Source: Mytilus edulis
Lineage: Eukaryota
NCBI RefSeq assembly: GCF_963676685.1
Contig: NC_092352.1
Coordinates: forward strand, 59,210,001-59,274,000
Direction of reading: 5' to 3'
Length of the DNA: 64,000 nt
This document shows, one piece after another, positions 41,726 to 55,330 of this stretch (within the stretch, counting starts at the first letter, position 1; every line of letters starts with the position of its first letter). A program made the translations under genes and the position numbers. The notes beneath the pieces are model-generated. The model saw only the letters and a program-made list of their open reading frames with translations, was not told the DNA's origin and made no database searches.

Positions 41726-44700
41726 TTAATATTTTATTACATTATCATAATCAGCTGCTATTACAGTTTGAACTACAGTGAAATGGTCGTAATTATTATC
41801 TGTTGTTTCTGACTGGTTATTATTTCCGGATATGTCATACACACCATCAACAGCATGACTATATATACTGTCATGATTCGAAAATCTCCGGACTTTGTTC
41901 AGTGTATTATATTCTCCTTCAACAAAGCAATAATCAGTCAAATGATTTTTCTTTTCAAGTTTTGTTTGATCACTGTTTTGTTTATTTCTAGGCAAGACGC
42001 GTTTACCTTTGCTGAAGCCGGTTTCCGTTGAATCTAAGGTATCATATGCGCTGTTGCTGCCACCGGCTGACAAATCAAGCTCTGTTTGTGATATGTCCGT
42101 TATGTGGTTCCCGTCTTCTTTGTCAGTTTTATCATTATCTAACTTAAAGTAGTTGTGTACCATGGAAGGCAACATGTTTTTAAGGATTGATCTTTTATTA
42201 AGTTTATCATGCGCATGCCCAGAGTCTGTTTCGGATTTATTGTCCATGTATTTTGCGGTCATGTTGCATGTTTGCGGTTCGATATATCCATTTGAAATTC
42301 GCGTTGTATTATTCGAATTCGAATTTCCGTATGTATGGCCATTTTTATAGACATGCAATTCGATTGATGAACTGTCTGCGGTGGTTATATTCTGATTTCT
42401 GTCATACTCGTGATCAATCATTGACGATTCCTTCATACGAGCCTTTTGTTTTCTAAAATGAAAAAGTAAAATTAAGATTTAAGAATGCCTAATTGAGATT
42501 TTAAGTTTTCAACGCTATCAACATGATCAACAATATACAGTTGATAACTTTTAATTTCATCATAAGTTCACAGGCAAAGAAACAAAAAAAAAATTAATTC
42601 TTCAAATAAGAATACATATATGTATTTAGGTAAACTCAAAGAATTGCAATGCATGGAATATAAAAACAACATAAGATGAGGATATACTTATTTCAAACGA
42701 ATAAGCGAATATTTGCTGATATAATAGCTGGCAAAATAAATTAACAATATCTTTTGCACTTTTAGTTTTCATATGTGTTTTCATGTTTTTGTTATACGAT
42801 GGCTGTCTCGGTGACAGGTATCATTCATGTCCTTTTATTACACAACCTAGCATGAACAGAAACATTAGTGTTGCCATTACTTCGATTCCGTCTTCGGTTT
42901 GTCGTCTGTAATGTGTTTGTAAATTATTTTTTTTATTCATGGTCACCGTGTGTTTTACTGTCTATTCACATATACTATTGGAGAGATGCAAGACATATCG
43001 ATCCCAACACTGCAACAGGTTTGTTATGATACTTCAATTTGAGACAGTGATATTCTACTTTTTAAAGCGCTATGCTTGTCGAGCTTTTTAAATAATTGAT
43101 TTGAGTTGATAAATATCGTAATACATGTAATACATGAGTTATAGTGGTGGTGTCTGTTTCTCGCATGAATTTTATTCATCGTTGTCAAATATTTGCAGAA
43201 CAAGTTACGTCATCAGACATAGTCGCCTTTTTTCAAAACATCACAATTGGAAATCTCAGAAGAAATCAAGAATATTTTGACGTCATAATTAAATTTTGAC
43301 CAATCAATTGCCGATTAAAGATATTTATTTCACGTCGATCAAGAAATGTCAAAATCGCTCAAAATTTTAGAACAATAACAAACCAACTAAGAACACAATG
43401 AGAATCATTAATCATTCTAATTAATAGAGTAAAATGTGAAACTAATGTACCTTCTTTTCCAGAACAAACAACTGATAACTGCAACTATGATTATGAGCAA
43501 TGCAATGGTTATTCCAACACCAATACCTACAACGGAATACATACATATAAACTATGAATTATCATAACAGAATGAAGTCAGTTAGTTTCCTAATCTTCAT
43601 ACTGAGTGTAAAACATACATACGATGGAATTGTCACTATTTTACATGGACTTTTTTTTTTTACATAATACATGTTTGCAATAGAAAAAAATGATCATATA
43701 AGTACATTGTATAGTTATACATAGACATTTAAAAAAAACTTTGAACTGATTTTGTATTTCATGTTCGATTCAATTATATCAACGCGGTACAACATGTATC
43801 ACTCTTAAAAATGCAAAATGTATGTCCTAGTCATGTCTTTAAATACACATTTCAAGACATTTGAAATATTTCGCTACAAATGAATGTTTACAAAATATAT
43901 TCAATATGCCTATAAATCATATATAAACTATGGCAATAATTATTAATTATACGGTTCCGTACAAGGAATTGCAGTTGAAAATAAGTTAATTATTTTGGAT
44001 AAAAACATGTGCAAAATGTATTATTCACACCGGGTATCTTGGCCCAGAAGTAAGGGATCCAGAATAGCAATTACAAATGACAACAAACAGTAAGACGATG
44101 CTATCTCGAGTCAATTGCTACAGAGAATTATGGTTTTTGTGAATTGAATTCAGATTTAATTCCTCCACCATTTGCAGTGTTGTAAAAATGTTTCTCGGAA
44201 TTCTGATTCCTTCAACAATTCTTGATCGGGATTCCTGGTATGTAATCATAAATGGAAAATCAACGAAATTATTAAAACGACTCCACTGATATTTGTGCTC
44301 ACATACAAATTGTAATAAGAACAAAAAAAGTGCGTGATTGTGAATACTGTGAAAGTACTTTTATTCGTGGGGTACCAATTTTCGTGGTTTTCGTGGATGA
44401 CTACATCCACGAATTTAAGTGTCCAACGAAATGGAACAACCATTGTCCAAATCAAGACATGGAAAGATCCCCCATCGGTAGGTTTGACTACTGATATGAT
44501 CTAGAGAATATATTGAATAACGCCAAATCTGAGAATATTTTAATAGCAGTCACAGAACTACAACAGCATGCAGGTTTAAACCCATTTAATTTTTAATAAC
44601 CTAAACAGTACAACTTTTGATCTTTTAATTCTCATAAAAATTATTTTTGATCGATGAAAGTCAGATTTCCGGTATTGATATGCTAGTATGATAAAGTGTT

Positions 44701-47700
44701 CTTTTTACATCCTCATAGTTCTCGTAGATATGGGAAATAATAATTTCATGCTGGGCTCGATTTTGATAAAAATTATTTGACAATTCAAGATACGTTTATA
44801 GCATTTGTTTATGTTCCTGTTTTCTTTAGGTTACATGTTTATGGCCTAATTAACACCTTTGATTGTCTTTAATCTGTTGATCACTAAGTCTTTATCATGG
44901 GTTTTCTAATTAGTGTTATCAAGACAATTGACACGGGTCAATATTTACCTTCAATCCAGACTATTTGTAACCTTCGTTTCTAAAAGGCTTCTAATATTTA
45001 TTTTTTGTTTGTTTTTGAAAACTGAAATCCACGAATTTAAAAACCCACGAACATGTAAATATTGCTCAAACCACGAAAATTGAAACCCACGAATTAAAGT
45101 ACTTTCACAGTATATAAAAAGAGGATTTACCTATATCAGAATAACTGGTACTTGGTTTTGGACCTAGAATGAAATTTTTTGTTATTGGCAACTTATTTTA
45201 AAATAGATATGCAGTTCTATATTATATTGTCATTAAATGATTATGTTATTTCTTGAGAGTTCAGGTAATCAAAGCAGTCTTAAAGTTTATTCATATTTTT
45301 TATACTAGTCTTTAATAAAATATAAAGTTTTGTAATATTACATTACACATTGTAGTCCTGTTTGTACTAAGAGATGGAAGAAAAAATAAATGCATTGATT
45401 TGAGTGAAAAAAAATTTTTTTTATATTGATGAAATTCAATAAAATAAAGCAAATCGTCAACCAGTATTTTATAAAGTTCATCAAGAAAATTAACAATTTT
45501 AACTGAAGTTTATGGCACAATTTTATGAAATTTTGGATCCTCAATGCTCAACAACTTTGTTTTTGTTTGACTTTTTAACTACTTTGATGTGAGCGTTACT
45601 GATGGATGTTATGTAGATGAAACGCCCGTCTGGCGTACTAAATTATAATCCTGGTACCTTTGATAACTATCAACTGAAGTATTACTCATTGATAAATATG
45701 ATACAATTGAATTTACAAGTACCTTTATCAGATGTTATCTGTTTCTGACTTGTTTGTGTATGATATGTTGTCGAAACATTTTGATATAAAAGAAAAATAA
45801 TGCGTAATATCATTGTGACAGAAGGTATTGTATTGCCCTGAATGGATTATGTAGTGACTTCAATATGGAAGTTAACATATAAATATGGGGGAAAAATTAA
45901 TGATAAAGCTGACATATTTTCTGATGAATATTTAGCCCTCATACGCTTATGAAAATGGATAATTTCAGTTGTTGGTATCCACATTTGCTTTCATTTTTAT
46001 AATAAAAATCAATAATTGAAAGTGAATATTTTCTGTGAAAACAATAGATTTGCATTAGCTTACAACCAATTTCAAATTGATAATATATTTTAGAGGGATG
46101 CATATTAGTTGATATATTAGACACTGAACTATTGCAAAACGCGTTACAATTTGGCGTAGCTGGGCGTATTAGTCTAAATGGAGAAGAGAAGTTTGATGCT
46201 AAAACGAAATTAAACAAGGTAGGTGGAGACACATTTTATTGATAACATTAGTAAGCCAAATTAGCTGATAAAAACAACGTCAGCCAACCAGAAAACGCGT
46301 AAATTTAAACAGTTTACCGAAATATTTTATGAACGGAAATTGTGTTTAGAATTGAATTGAAACCAACACATTATTATTTTAATTTTAGTTTCTTGTGTAC
46401 AATTTGGAAATTAGTATGGCGTTCATTATCACTGAACTAGTATATATTTGTTTAGGGGCCAGTTGAAGGACGCCTCCAGGTGCGGGAATTTCTCGCTACA
46501 TTGAAGACCTGTTGGTGACCTTCTGCTGTTGTTTTTTCTATGGTCGGGTTGTTGTCTCTTTGGCACATTCCCTATTTCCATTCTCAATTTTACATGAAGA
46601 CAAAGTTGATATAATTGTCTTAGGAGACAACCAAAAAAGACTCTTTAGTAGGTAAATGTATATGTTCTCCGTAAAATAAAAATTGCCGAAGTAAACGTCA
46701 GTGTGATATTATTGCATATTATTCAAAAATAAATGTTCCTTGTTCGTGTGTTTTTTGTATGGCTTGTTTAATTTGTTTGTCGCTATAAAATATAAAGAAT
46801 CGCATACTTTAAAAGGTATACAAACACAAAAAAGCGACAGAAGTTAAAAGAACAACGTGTATACTCACCATTGTGATTTATTTTATATACAGAAGCCCTC
46901 CAACTGCCACCACACATTTGTTTTACATGCCCTATGCATGGCAAGTTGCAATCTGTTTCCTTTTTAGACGGATATTGACTGGAATTGAGTTTATCCCCAT
47001 TACCACAGAAACATTGACTGCTGTACTGTAATTAAACGTAAGTAAACAATATAAGATGTCCTTAGATAGTCATACCTATGATACTCTTATGACTGTCTTT
47101 AGAGAAGACTTTTTATTTCATTCTAAATAATTATTGAAAATATATGTCAGCATAAAACTCTAATTCTAACACTGTTTGGTATAATATATAATTCTAGTAG
47201 CTCTTGTTTATATATTATGTATTCGTGAATGCTTTAGTACACTGAGTTACGCTTAACAAAAAACGATAAAAATTATTTTGGAAACTTTTAAAAAGATCTC
47301 TTACGACTATGACATGCCAAATGACCATCGAAAGATATGTCTCAGTCATAGTTACTTTTGTAAACCAAATCCCTTGATAAGTGCAATTATCCTACATTTA
47401 ATGTTAAGTAACTGATTTCACTTTGGTAAATAATTGGTCATACACTAGCTATGTTATGCTAAAACAAAGCAAACAGTCAGTGTATCCATTATATGCTCAT
47501 TAAAGAAGGCCAATGTGTAAACATTATGCATTTACACCAGCTATCAGATCCGATTATTTACAATCAAATCAATGGTGAATAAATCCACATTGGCCTGAGT
47601 CTTCTTTTGCAACATATTATTTTTGAATAATTGTCATCATTTTGATGTTACATACCTAGTTAAGTAGTAATAAACAACGTCGCGAGCAGTAAATGTGCAT

Positions 47701-48156
47701 TATATTGCATGAGTGTGAAAAAACACGAAAGACAACCTAAACGCATTGATATGTTATCCTATTTTTTTCTGATAATTCTCACTCTTTCAATGAAGAATCA
47801 AATTTATGCACCAACCTTTTTTCAAAAGTCTTAGTTCTTTAATCCATTTCAGGCTATCATGATGCATATGGCTAACTATTTTAGATGTAGTTAAATAATC
47901 AACTGTACGTGTATAATTATACGGTATTGAACTCTAGGTATGCATTAAAGATTAATGAAAACTTATCATAATAAGGTAACATTATTATTTATAAACTGTA
48001 CCTCTGTTGCAAAATATTGATAGTTTTTGGAACTACAATAGTTAAAGCAGATGCTGGTCGACATTTCATTATTCCATTTGGTGTATGGTCCTACAGGAAA
48101 CAGTCTTTTTGTACTATCTTTGAAGCATCCAATGTACGTATACATTTTGTGAAATG
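41726..48156 (-). CDS. Gene E: WSC-domain single-pass receptor with multi-tyrosine tail, close paralog of D (378 aa from Met 48145; N-terminus uncertain)
   Basis: Exons 48156-48002 (MYTYIGCFKD...ICFNYC...YFATE), 47025-46869 (YSSQCFCGNG...DCNLPCIGHVKQMCGGSWRASVY), 45163-45131 (PKPSTSYSDI), 76-nt TM 43526-43451 (IGVGITIALLIIIVAVISCLFWKRR), tail 42452-41726 (727 nt, same length as D). All 8 WSC cysteines present. Confidence 0.8.
44347..45110. mobile_element. MITE with TA target duplication (Tc1/mariner-like), in a gene E intron
   Basis: TIRs CTGTGAAAGTACTTT..TTCGTGGG..CAATTTTCGTGG / CCACGAAAATTG..CCCACGAA..AAAGTACTTTCACAG; TA on both sides; shorter relatives at about 38168-38375 and 39746-39955. 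Confidence 0.8.
46375..46592 (+). repeat. Copy of the retroelement 3' tail seen at 4378-4600
   Basis: Closely similar TTTTAATTTTAGTTTCTTGTGTACAATTTGG...CCATTCTCAATTTTA. Confidence 0.8.
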
Positions 48157-48739
48157 CTAAAATAGTAATCAGTGAAATAAACATTTGTATTTTGTATTTT
48201 GTGTTTGTTTTTATATTGAACAACGAAAAACCTGTACATGCATTTTCGTTAAAATAAATATACCCAAGCCTGTGCTTAAATACTGTAGTTGTCTCTTATG
48301 GGTATCGACAATTGACATATAAATATAGTTTTGTTAACGTATCAATTACTTTAAGGTTTACTGAATTAAATGTAAATAAAAAATAAGCGGCATTAATTTA
48401 AATAGCAAAACAATGACAAAAGATGAATAAGTAGAATTACTTTAACTCACTTTAATTGTGGTATGTCTTTGCTGCGTTATTTGCACTAAATTTGTAATAT
48501 GATTAGGCAAACAGACTAGTTATATGGTACATGTATTACGAACTTTATTTTGAAAAATATCCGTTGCAGTTTCCTTATAAACATGTAAACATCAATCTTA
48601 TTATCATCTTAGATTTAAACTAAGGTCACTTCCGATACGTAAAATAACAAACAAAAATATTATTATTTTTAAATGTACTCGTTTTTGATTTTTTTTCAAA
48701 CTATATATTAAGAAAATACACAAAATATTGGCAACATTT

Positions 48740-49307
48740 TTGTTGAGCCTTCGACTTTTGTCGAAAAAGCACGACATAGCTATACTACATTCCGTTGTCG
48801 TCGTCGGCGGCGAAAGCGGTCACAAATATTCACTCCTGGATTTGTACCAAACTTGGACAGAAGCTAGTTTGTGGTCATAAGATACTTCATTTTTTTCCGT
48901 ATTTTACTTGTAAATGGACTTAGTTTTTCTGCCAGGAGACAATACGTTCACTCTGTGGTTAATGTTTTAAAATTATCCTGATTTGTACCAAACTTGGACA
49001 GAAGCTTCTTTATGATCAAAAGCAAGTATCCAGAAGGAAATTTTGTTCTGTTTATCCGTATTTTGTTTATTAATGAACATAGTTTTTCTTCCATTTAACA
49101 TTACATACAATCTACAGTTAAAGGTTTTAAACATTTATTTAATTCATAAACTATCCTGAATTTTTACCAAACATGGAGAGAAGCTACGCACAATCAAAGG
49201 AGAGTATTGAAAGGACTATTTTTATTTTTGTTTGTTCCTCATTTTTATTTAGGCTGCTATTAACAGCAAAAGTACGCAAGACACTGGGTTCCGCGAAACC
49301 CTTACAA
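48740..49307 (-). mobile_element. Helentron-associated non-autonomous element inserted in the gene E upstream region
   Basis: Terminal hairpin TTCGACTTTTGTCGAA, (GTC)n tract and three internal TACCAAAC(T/A)TGGA(C/G)AGAAGCT units; it interrupts sequence that is continuous upstream of gene D. Confidence 0.6.
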
Positions 49308-50202
49308 TTGTTTTAGTTATAAAATAAAAATATTTTATATTCAGTTTAACATAGCATATTTCAAATATGTAAGTACTATTTAAATCCCAAAGTATATTAT
49401 TTTCCTTTGATATCCCTTATATCAGCGACGGCATAGTGACACACAGGAGAAAAGCTAAAATACATTTTTTAAATGTAAAATATGTGTATTTATCGCACCA
49501 CTGGTAAAATATCACGTTGTGATTGGTTTAGCGCCGTCACGTGGTGATCCCCTATGGATCCGCAGGGGGTTTGTAAAATTCATTGCTTATATTTCTTCCA
49601 ACCGCAGCAGGAAAAGTTCTGCATGTTGTAAATTCGTTATACGGTTCACTACTGACCCCCTACGAATCCATAGAGGGTGAGTAAAATTCATAGGGACCTT
49701 GGCCTACAGCCTCACTCTATTGATTTTACTAAACCTCTATGGATCCGTAGTAGGGGGTCAGTAGGAACCATATAACTTATAGTATGTTCCCAAAAGTGTC
49801 TACTTAATATGCTATGATATGATTAATAAGAAAGCTCTTTAACTTTGTACATGATTTGGCTTTTTAACGTTTTACTCGAGCGTCACTAGTGAGTCTTTTG
49901 TAGACGACACGCCTCTGACATACAACAGTATCAGCCTGGTATCTTTGATATGTCTCTGCCACATGTACGAAATATAAAACATGTTAACAGAGTCAAAGGC
50001 TCCCACTGATCATAATATGTGTTCGACTATGTGTCAGCTTCCTTTATGAAACAGTCAAATAACATAATGCAACACAATTTTTTTTTATGCTAAATGATAA
50101 TTCAACCAATGAAGACGTTGTTATCAAAATTCATAAGGTATGGAAACGTTGATATTAATACATGTTATAGTGATATTAAAATCTTGTAGTGTGAGTTTTT
50201 TG

Positions 50203-50368
50203 GAATTCTTTTATAAGGGAGATTCCATGAATGAGGAATTCGTTTATAAGGGATATTCAATGAATGAGGAATTCTTTTATAAGGGAAATTCAATGAATGA
50301 GGAATTCTTTTATAAGAGATATTCAATGAATGAGGAATTCTTTTATAAGGTATATTCAATGAATGAGG
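50203..50368 (+). repeat. 33-bp tandem repeat (GAATTCTTTTATAAGGGATATTCAATGAATGAG) x5
   Basis: Seen directly; explains the repetitive ORFs 50140-50430 and 50165-50458. Confidence 0.9.
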
Positions 50369-51612
50369 TTTATAGTTGTTTACTCTATTTATCACCCTGT
50401 CATAAAATTGTACAACACAAACATGTATAATATAAAAAAAAAGGAAAATGATTGCCAATGAGACAATTATCCACCGAAGTTCAAATTAAGTGAATGTAAG
50501 CAATTAAAGGCAATAATGAGAATAACCCATACCATATAGTCAATTGAGAAAACTGACGGCCTAATTTATAACAAAACGATTTTACGTAAATAAAATATAG
50601 AGGACGTGAACCAACAACAACCAATGAACTGCAGTCTCTCGACCTAAAACAGGTACATACATAATGGGTTCATAAACAGTTTTCATACAAGTTCATGAAG
50701 TAGGAGACGTAGCTCGCTATAATACCCAACATTTTCATCGGAAAACGCAAGTACCAAGTCAGAAATATATTGATTGCATTGATAACGTTTTATTGTTTCC
50801 ATTTTAATGAAAATCCCTTTTTACACTTACCTCAGAAATTTCTGTATTGTAAGCTCACATGACGAGGAGTTTAAGTAAACTTTTCTTGTCGTTCGTCGTA
50901 GTTTTAATTTTAAAAAAATCTTCTCCACTCATACGTTCAATTTGATGTGTTTGAGCTTTTGATTTTGTTGACTCTTTGACGTATTCCCCAGTTTCATTCT
51001 TTGTTTTGTTCTTTTATTATGATCATAAGAACTCAACGTAAATCGTAGTAACTGACATCTATTATATTTGTCAACCGAACTAAACACAACTAACTATGAA
51101 ACAATATGTATGATGTGTTTACATTGTCATAAAGGCACACACAAATGATTTGTCCATAGATTTGACCATGTACGTTATGACGGATTTTTTTCTTACAAAA
51201 ACTTGTTAGCACCGTCATTGAGTTTTGTTACAGCTGCTAATACCAAATGCGACAGATCAGACCAACAGTGCCTCTTAAACAAATATTTATCGATTGGAAA
51301 CAAATGAATTACATCGCTTTGTACTTGCTACTAACTGGTGTGCAATGTCGCACAAATAGTTTATATTTATATGTATGTGGCCGTTGACCTATCAGCTAGA
51401 AAAATATAGAGGAATAACAAAACTTACAAACTCATGTATTTATGTTATTTATATGTAAATACATGTGCATTTTTTGAAATATGATTAATTGATATATTAG
51501 TAATAAACATAATGATTTCAGTACAGTTTATGATTTTTAATCATATCACATTACGATATACAGATGTTGATGCATACACATGCGTAGCTGATTCACGAGG
51601 GTTGGTATGTGA

Positions 51613-52088
51613 TTAATAGTGCACTAAATTCGGATCCATCGATGGTGGCATTGCCTCTTCTGTTGATTTGTTTGTATTTTCACTCCATGACAAATGATTG
51701 GTAGGAATATCTCTCGATTGATGGATATATTCAACTGAATTTCGATTGTTCGATAACGAATTATAAGTGTTGCAATTGCAGTTGCTTTCTTCCTGTTGAA
51801 TAGAAGAGGACATGTTTGGTAGTTGACATTGAGTTGTGTTACATGTACTTGTGGGTCTGCTTTTATTTATCCCAGGGATAAAAATATCCGTCATTTCATT
51901 GTAAATTATATCAGTATAACTAGGTAAATCATTCCTATCTGTTATATTTTGATATTGTAGAATCTCACAAGGAGGCAAATCTTTGCCTCGCTTTCGTTTG
52001 AGGCAAACAACTAGGATGACAACAAAAGCAACAAACAATAATAGGACCAACACAGGCAAGAAAATTATTGTATATACTGAGGAATCAG
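51613..52088 (-). CDS. Intact TM-plus-cytoplasmic exon with an ITAM-like motif
   Basis: Acceptor TTTTTTTTGTAG; reads DSSVYTIIFLPVLVLLLFVAFVVILVVCLKRKRG... then YQNI-x8-YTDI, YNEM, YNSL; open to TAA at 51613. Confidence 0.65.
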
Positions 52089-55000
52089 CTACAAAAAAAA
52101 TATATTTACATAAAACAGAAACAAAAACTGCATGCCATAAATATTCATATATATGGCTAAATACAATTCATAATTATATGTTTTTGTATTCTAAAGCTGA
52201 ATAACCGAAAACAAAATGTCGTGTGTTTCAAATCAAAGACATTCATATTAGTATTTCCTGCTAAGTTCGTGTCATGAAGGAGAATAAAAGGAGAATGTCT
52301 TCTAGGTCTGTGTTGACATGAATTATCATTGTTATTGTCATAATTATAAATAAGCTATATACAACACGTTGCATTGTTTAATTACTAAGGCGTTTCTACC
52401 TCCGAAATAGATTCCCTTTGCAGTATTTGGCGAAACTGTTGGAAATGTTTGGTCCACTATGCTCGTTAACTTCCTACTTCATTTGTCCTTTTTAAAACTT
52501 TTTTGATTTTAGTGTTACTAATGAGTCTTTTGTAAAGGAAAAATGCGTCTTGCAAATGTAAAACTTCAGTCCTGATATCCATGATGAGTTTATTTACTGC
52601 GTTAAAAATTCTTGCATTGGACAAAGAAACCGTTACATTTGAGTTTTTAAGTATAAAACGTTTGTTTTTGATTACGTCATTTTTGTTGGTTCATTAAATT
52701 TAGTAAGAAAAAGTCTGAAAATTACGTTATTGGAGACAATTAAAACATATTAATACATATATATATGTTGATCTGGTAATAAATCGAAAGTAAACAAAAT
52801 CAATTACAATCGTGACCGGTGATATACATGTTACATTACTTCTCGCATTACGTTAATATGTTTATAGGTTATACGTTTATAACGCTTATTTGTAACTAAT
52901 AAGGGCAACAGTAGTATACCGCTGTTCGAAAGTCAGCAATTGATTGAAAGAAAAAAAAAACGGGTTACAAACTTAAACCAAGGAAAACCTATAAGAGGTA
53001 AACAACGAAAAAAGTGCAATAAAAAAACCGACAATGTAACACATCCAGAAACGTACTATAACAACTGCATATTCCTGACCTGGTACAAATACACGGTTTA
53101 CCTTTAACAGATTATCTTGTTTCGGAGTTGTTAGGGTATGGTTTGACGTCGATGACTGATGAGCTTGAAGTAAAAAGTATATTATGGTGAGTAAATAAAT
53201 GAAAATATAATGCAGTATTTACTTTCCTTAAATATATTAACGTAATGATTTAAGAGTCAAAATGAGAACCATTTAACGGCACAAGAAACAAACAATACAA
53301 AGCAATAAATTAAAATAACGTATGTGATATGAATTATTGGGATATGTATTGTATTCACAATCAGCCTTTCATTTTTCTTAAATATTTGTAACATATTTTT
53401 AAGAACCCAAACTGATTGTTGTGGTTTCCCTTCGATTGATAAAATATTTGCAACGCGGGGGATATTGTAACATGTTTATTGTTTTTGTGTCTGTCTGTTT
53501 ACGGCATTGGTTGTTTTAAGGAACCAAAAGGACGCAAACAGTACCACACATACACAAATGACGATGGACAAGACGTGGTGTTATCACAATTTTGCATTAT
53601 TTGAACAATACAGACTTTGACGTGTTAAACAAGCTCTAATATCTTTAAATGGACATTTTGTGAAGCAACACATGTACTCAACATATCTGTATATTTTATA
53701 AAGAGAGGCTCTCCATGTTTTACCGCATTTCATTGTAACATGACCTTTGAATAATATGTTGCAATCTTTTTCTCTTTTTCTTTTATACTGTTTGGAACCT
53801 AGTTGTCTCCAATGACCATAAAAAACATTCGTTTCCGTACTTTAATTAAACGTAAATAAAACAAAATGAACTGACTTACAATAAATGAAGATTAAGGTAA
53901 AGTAACAGTAAATGAACGCCGTCTAGCGGATTCCGCGAAATATTGCGACGTTTTGTACGAATTACGTCCCTTTGACCAGATTTTGCAAAGTAAAAATTGC
54001 ACCCGGCGACTTTTCGATGTGACAATGTCAACGGTTTTGACGGAAAGTATGTAACTTCTATGAGAATGAACTTGTTTTTCTAAAATTAAAAATTGAAAAT
54101 GATATGAAAACAGTCCTGAAGAGGATCTTCAAAATGAAAATCAGGACGTAGGGTGGTAGAGTTTGTATATCTGCCGACCAGTTAAACATGTTAAAACAAG
54201 TGTGAAAACTGTTGCTCACTACTATTTCTACATAATTGTGATGAGAAAAAACAGTGTGGTCTCGGAAGTATTCTATATGTTGTATGTCAAAACTGTCCTT
54301 TCAAAAACCCTATATTCACTGGGAAAAGACATCGTCTAGCAGCAAATAAGCAGAAGGGGTGCAAGTTTGGGACATTAATACAAAAGATTCAAAAACTTAG
54401 TATTGTACGGTAAGACTATTTCTCCCATATTTTGAAAATTATCACACCAGTCGGAACAAGGAAAAATATTTTCAAATTAGAGAAAAGGAAATGAACCACA
54501 TAAACTAATACTGGTCATAAATTCGCCGCTGCTGCCAGTCAGTCATAGATGGCACTAAACTATAATACACTTAAATTAATTAACCTTGTTCACGGCTGGA
54601 ACAATAGTTTAATATTCATACACAGTTTTTAGACTATAACAAATTAAAAATAAACAAAAATGATCTTTCACGATCATTAATCCATCGCTACATTTTGTAT
54701 TCTAACGTTGCTGTTTTTTTTTTTGTAATGGTGTTTTCTTTCACGTCCGCAATTTCGATGTTAAAAGTAGAACACAAATCTTTAAATAGATACATGTATA
54801 AATAGTATATGGTTTGAAGATTTATACATGGCTTAGTTTCCTAATAGTATTGATTCGTATGGTTGTCTTCTCAAAGGAATTGTTATATATATATATGGGT
54901 AAAAAATCTACCGAATCAAAAAAAATGTACCCTAGCTGAAAGTAGCATCTCAAATATAAGATAGAACTGTTGTCAATTCTATTTCACTCATAAAACTTGA

Positions 55001-55138
55001 AGGTTGAGAACGAGATTATATCGATCACCTCTATATCATAGTACTACTATATATACCGACTGACAAATATGCACAGTGTCACAGACTTTCAGCCCCCCTA
55101 AAGTTCAATGTAAATCCCGTAAGTAGTCAGTACTTCAA

Positions 55139-55330
55139 TGAGGGTTTCATGATCCCGAAATCTCGGACTTTAAAACATGAAACCCCGAGGTTCCGAATTT
55201 ATAGAAATTTCAATCCCGCCATCCCGAAAAGAATAGCCGGATCCAGAAAGGATCAATCCCGAAATCCCGCGTGCTTAAAAAAACCCGATCCCGGAGTCCC
55301 GTTTAAGGTTTCGTTTAAGGTCCCCCCTCA
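55139..55330. mobile_element. Small MITE-like element with repeated TCCCG motifs
   Basis: Ends TGAGGG / CCCTCA; repeated ATCCCG units inside. Confidence 0.45.

Noticed and set aside
44118-44324. Minus-strand ORF in a gene E intron as an extra exon
   Set aside because: No suitable AG/GT pair, ends in a stop, and has no similarity to paralog exons.
50140-50458. Repetitive proteins (EFFYKGYSMNE)n and (YKRIPHSLNIP)n
   Set aside because: By-product of a 33-bp tandem repeat that is open on both strands; no exon context.
53102-53839. The +1 and -1 frameshifts in gene F as compensating changes
   Set aside because: The shifted frame hits TAA within WSC exon 2 and the donor between them is TT.
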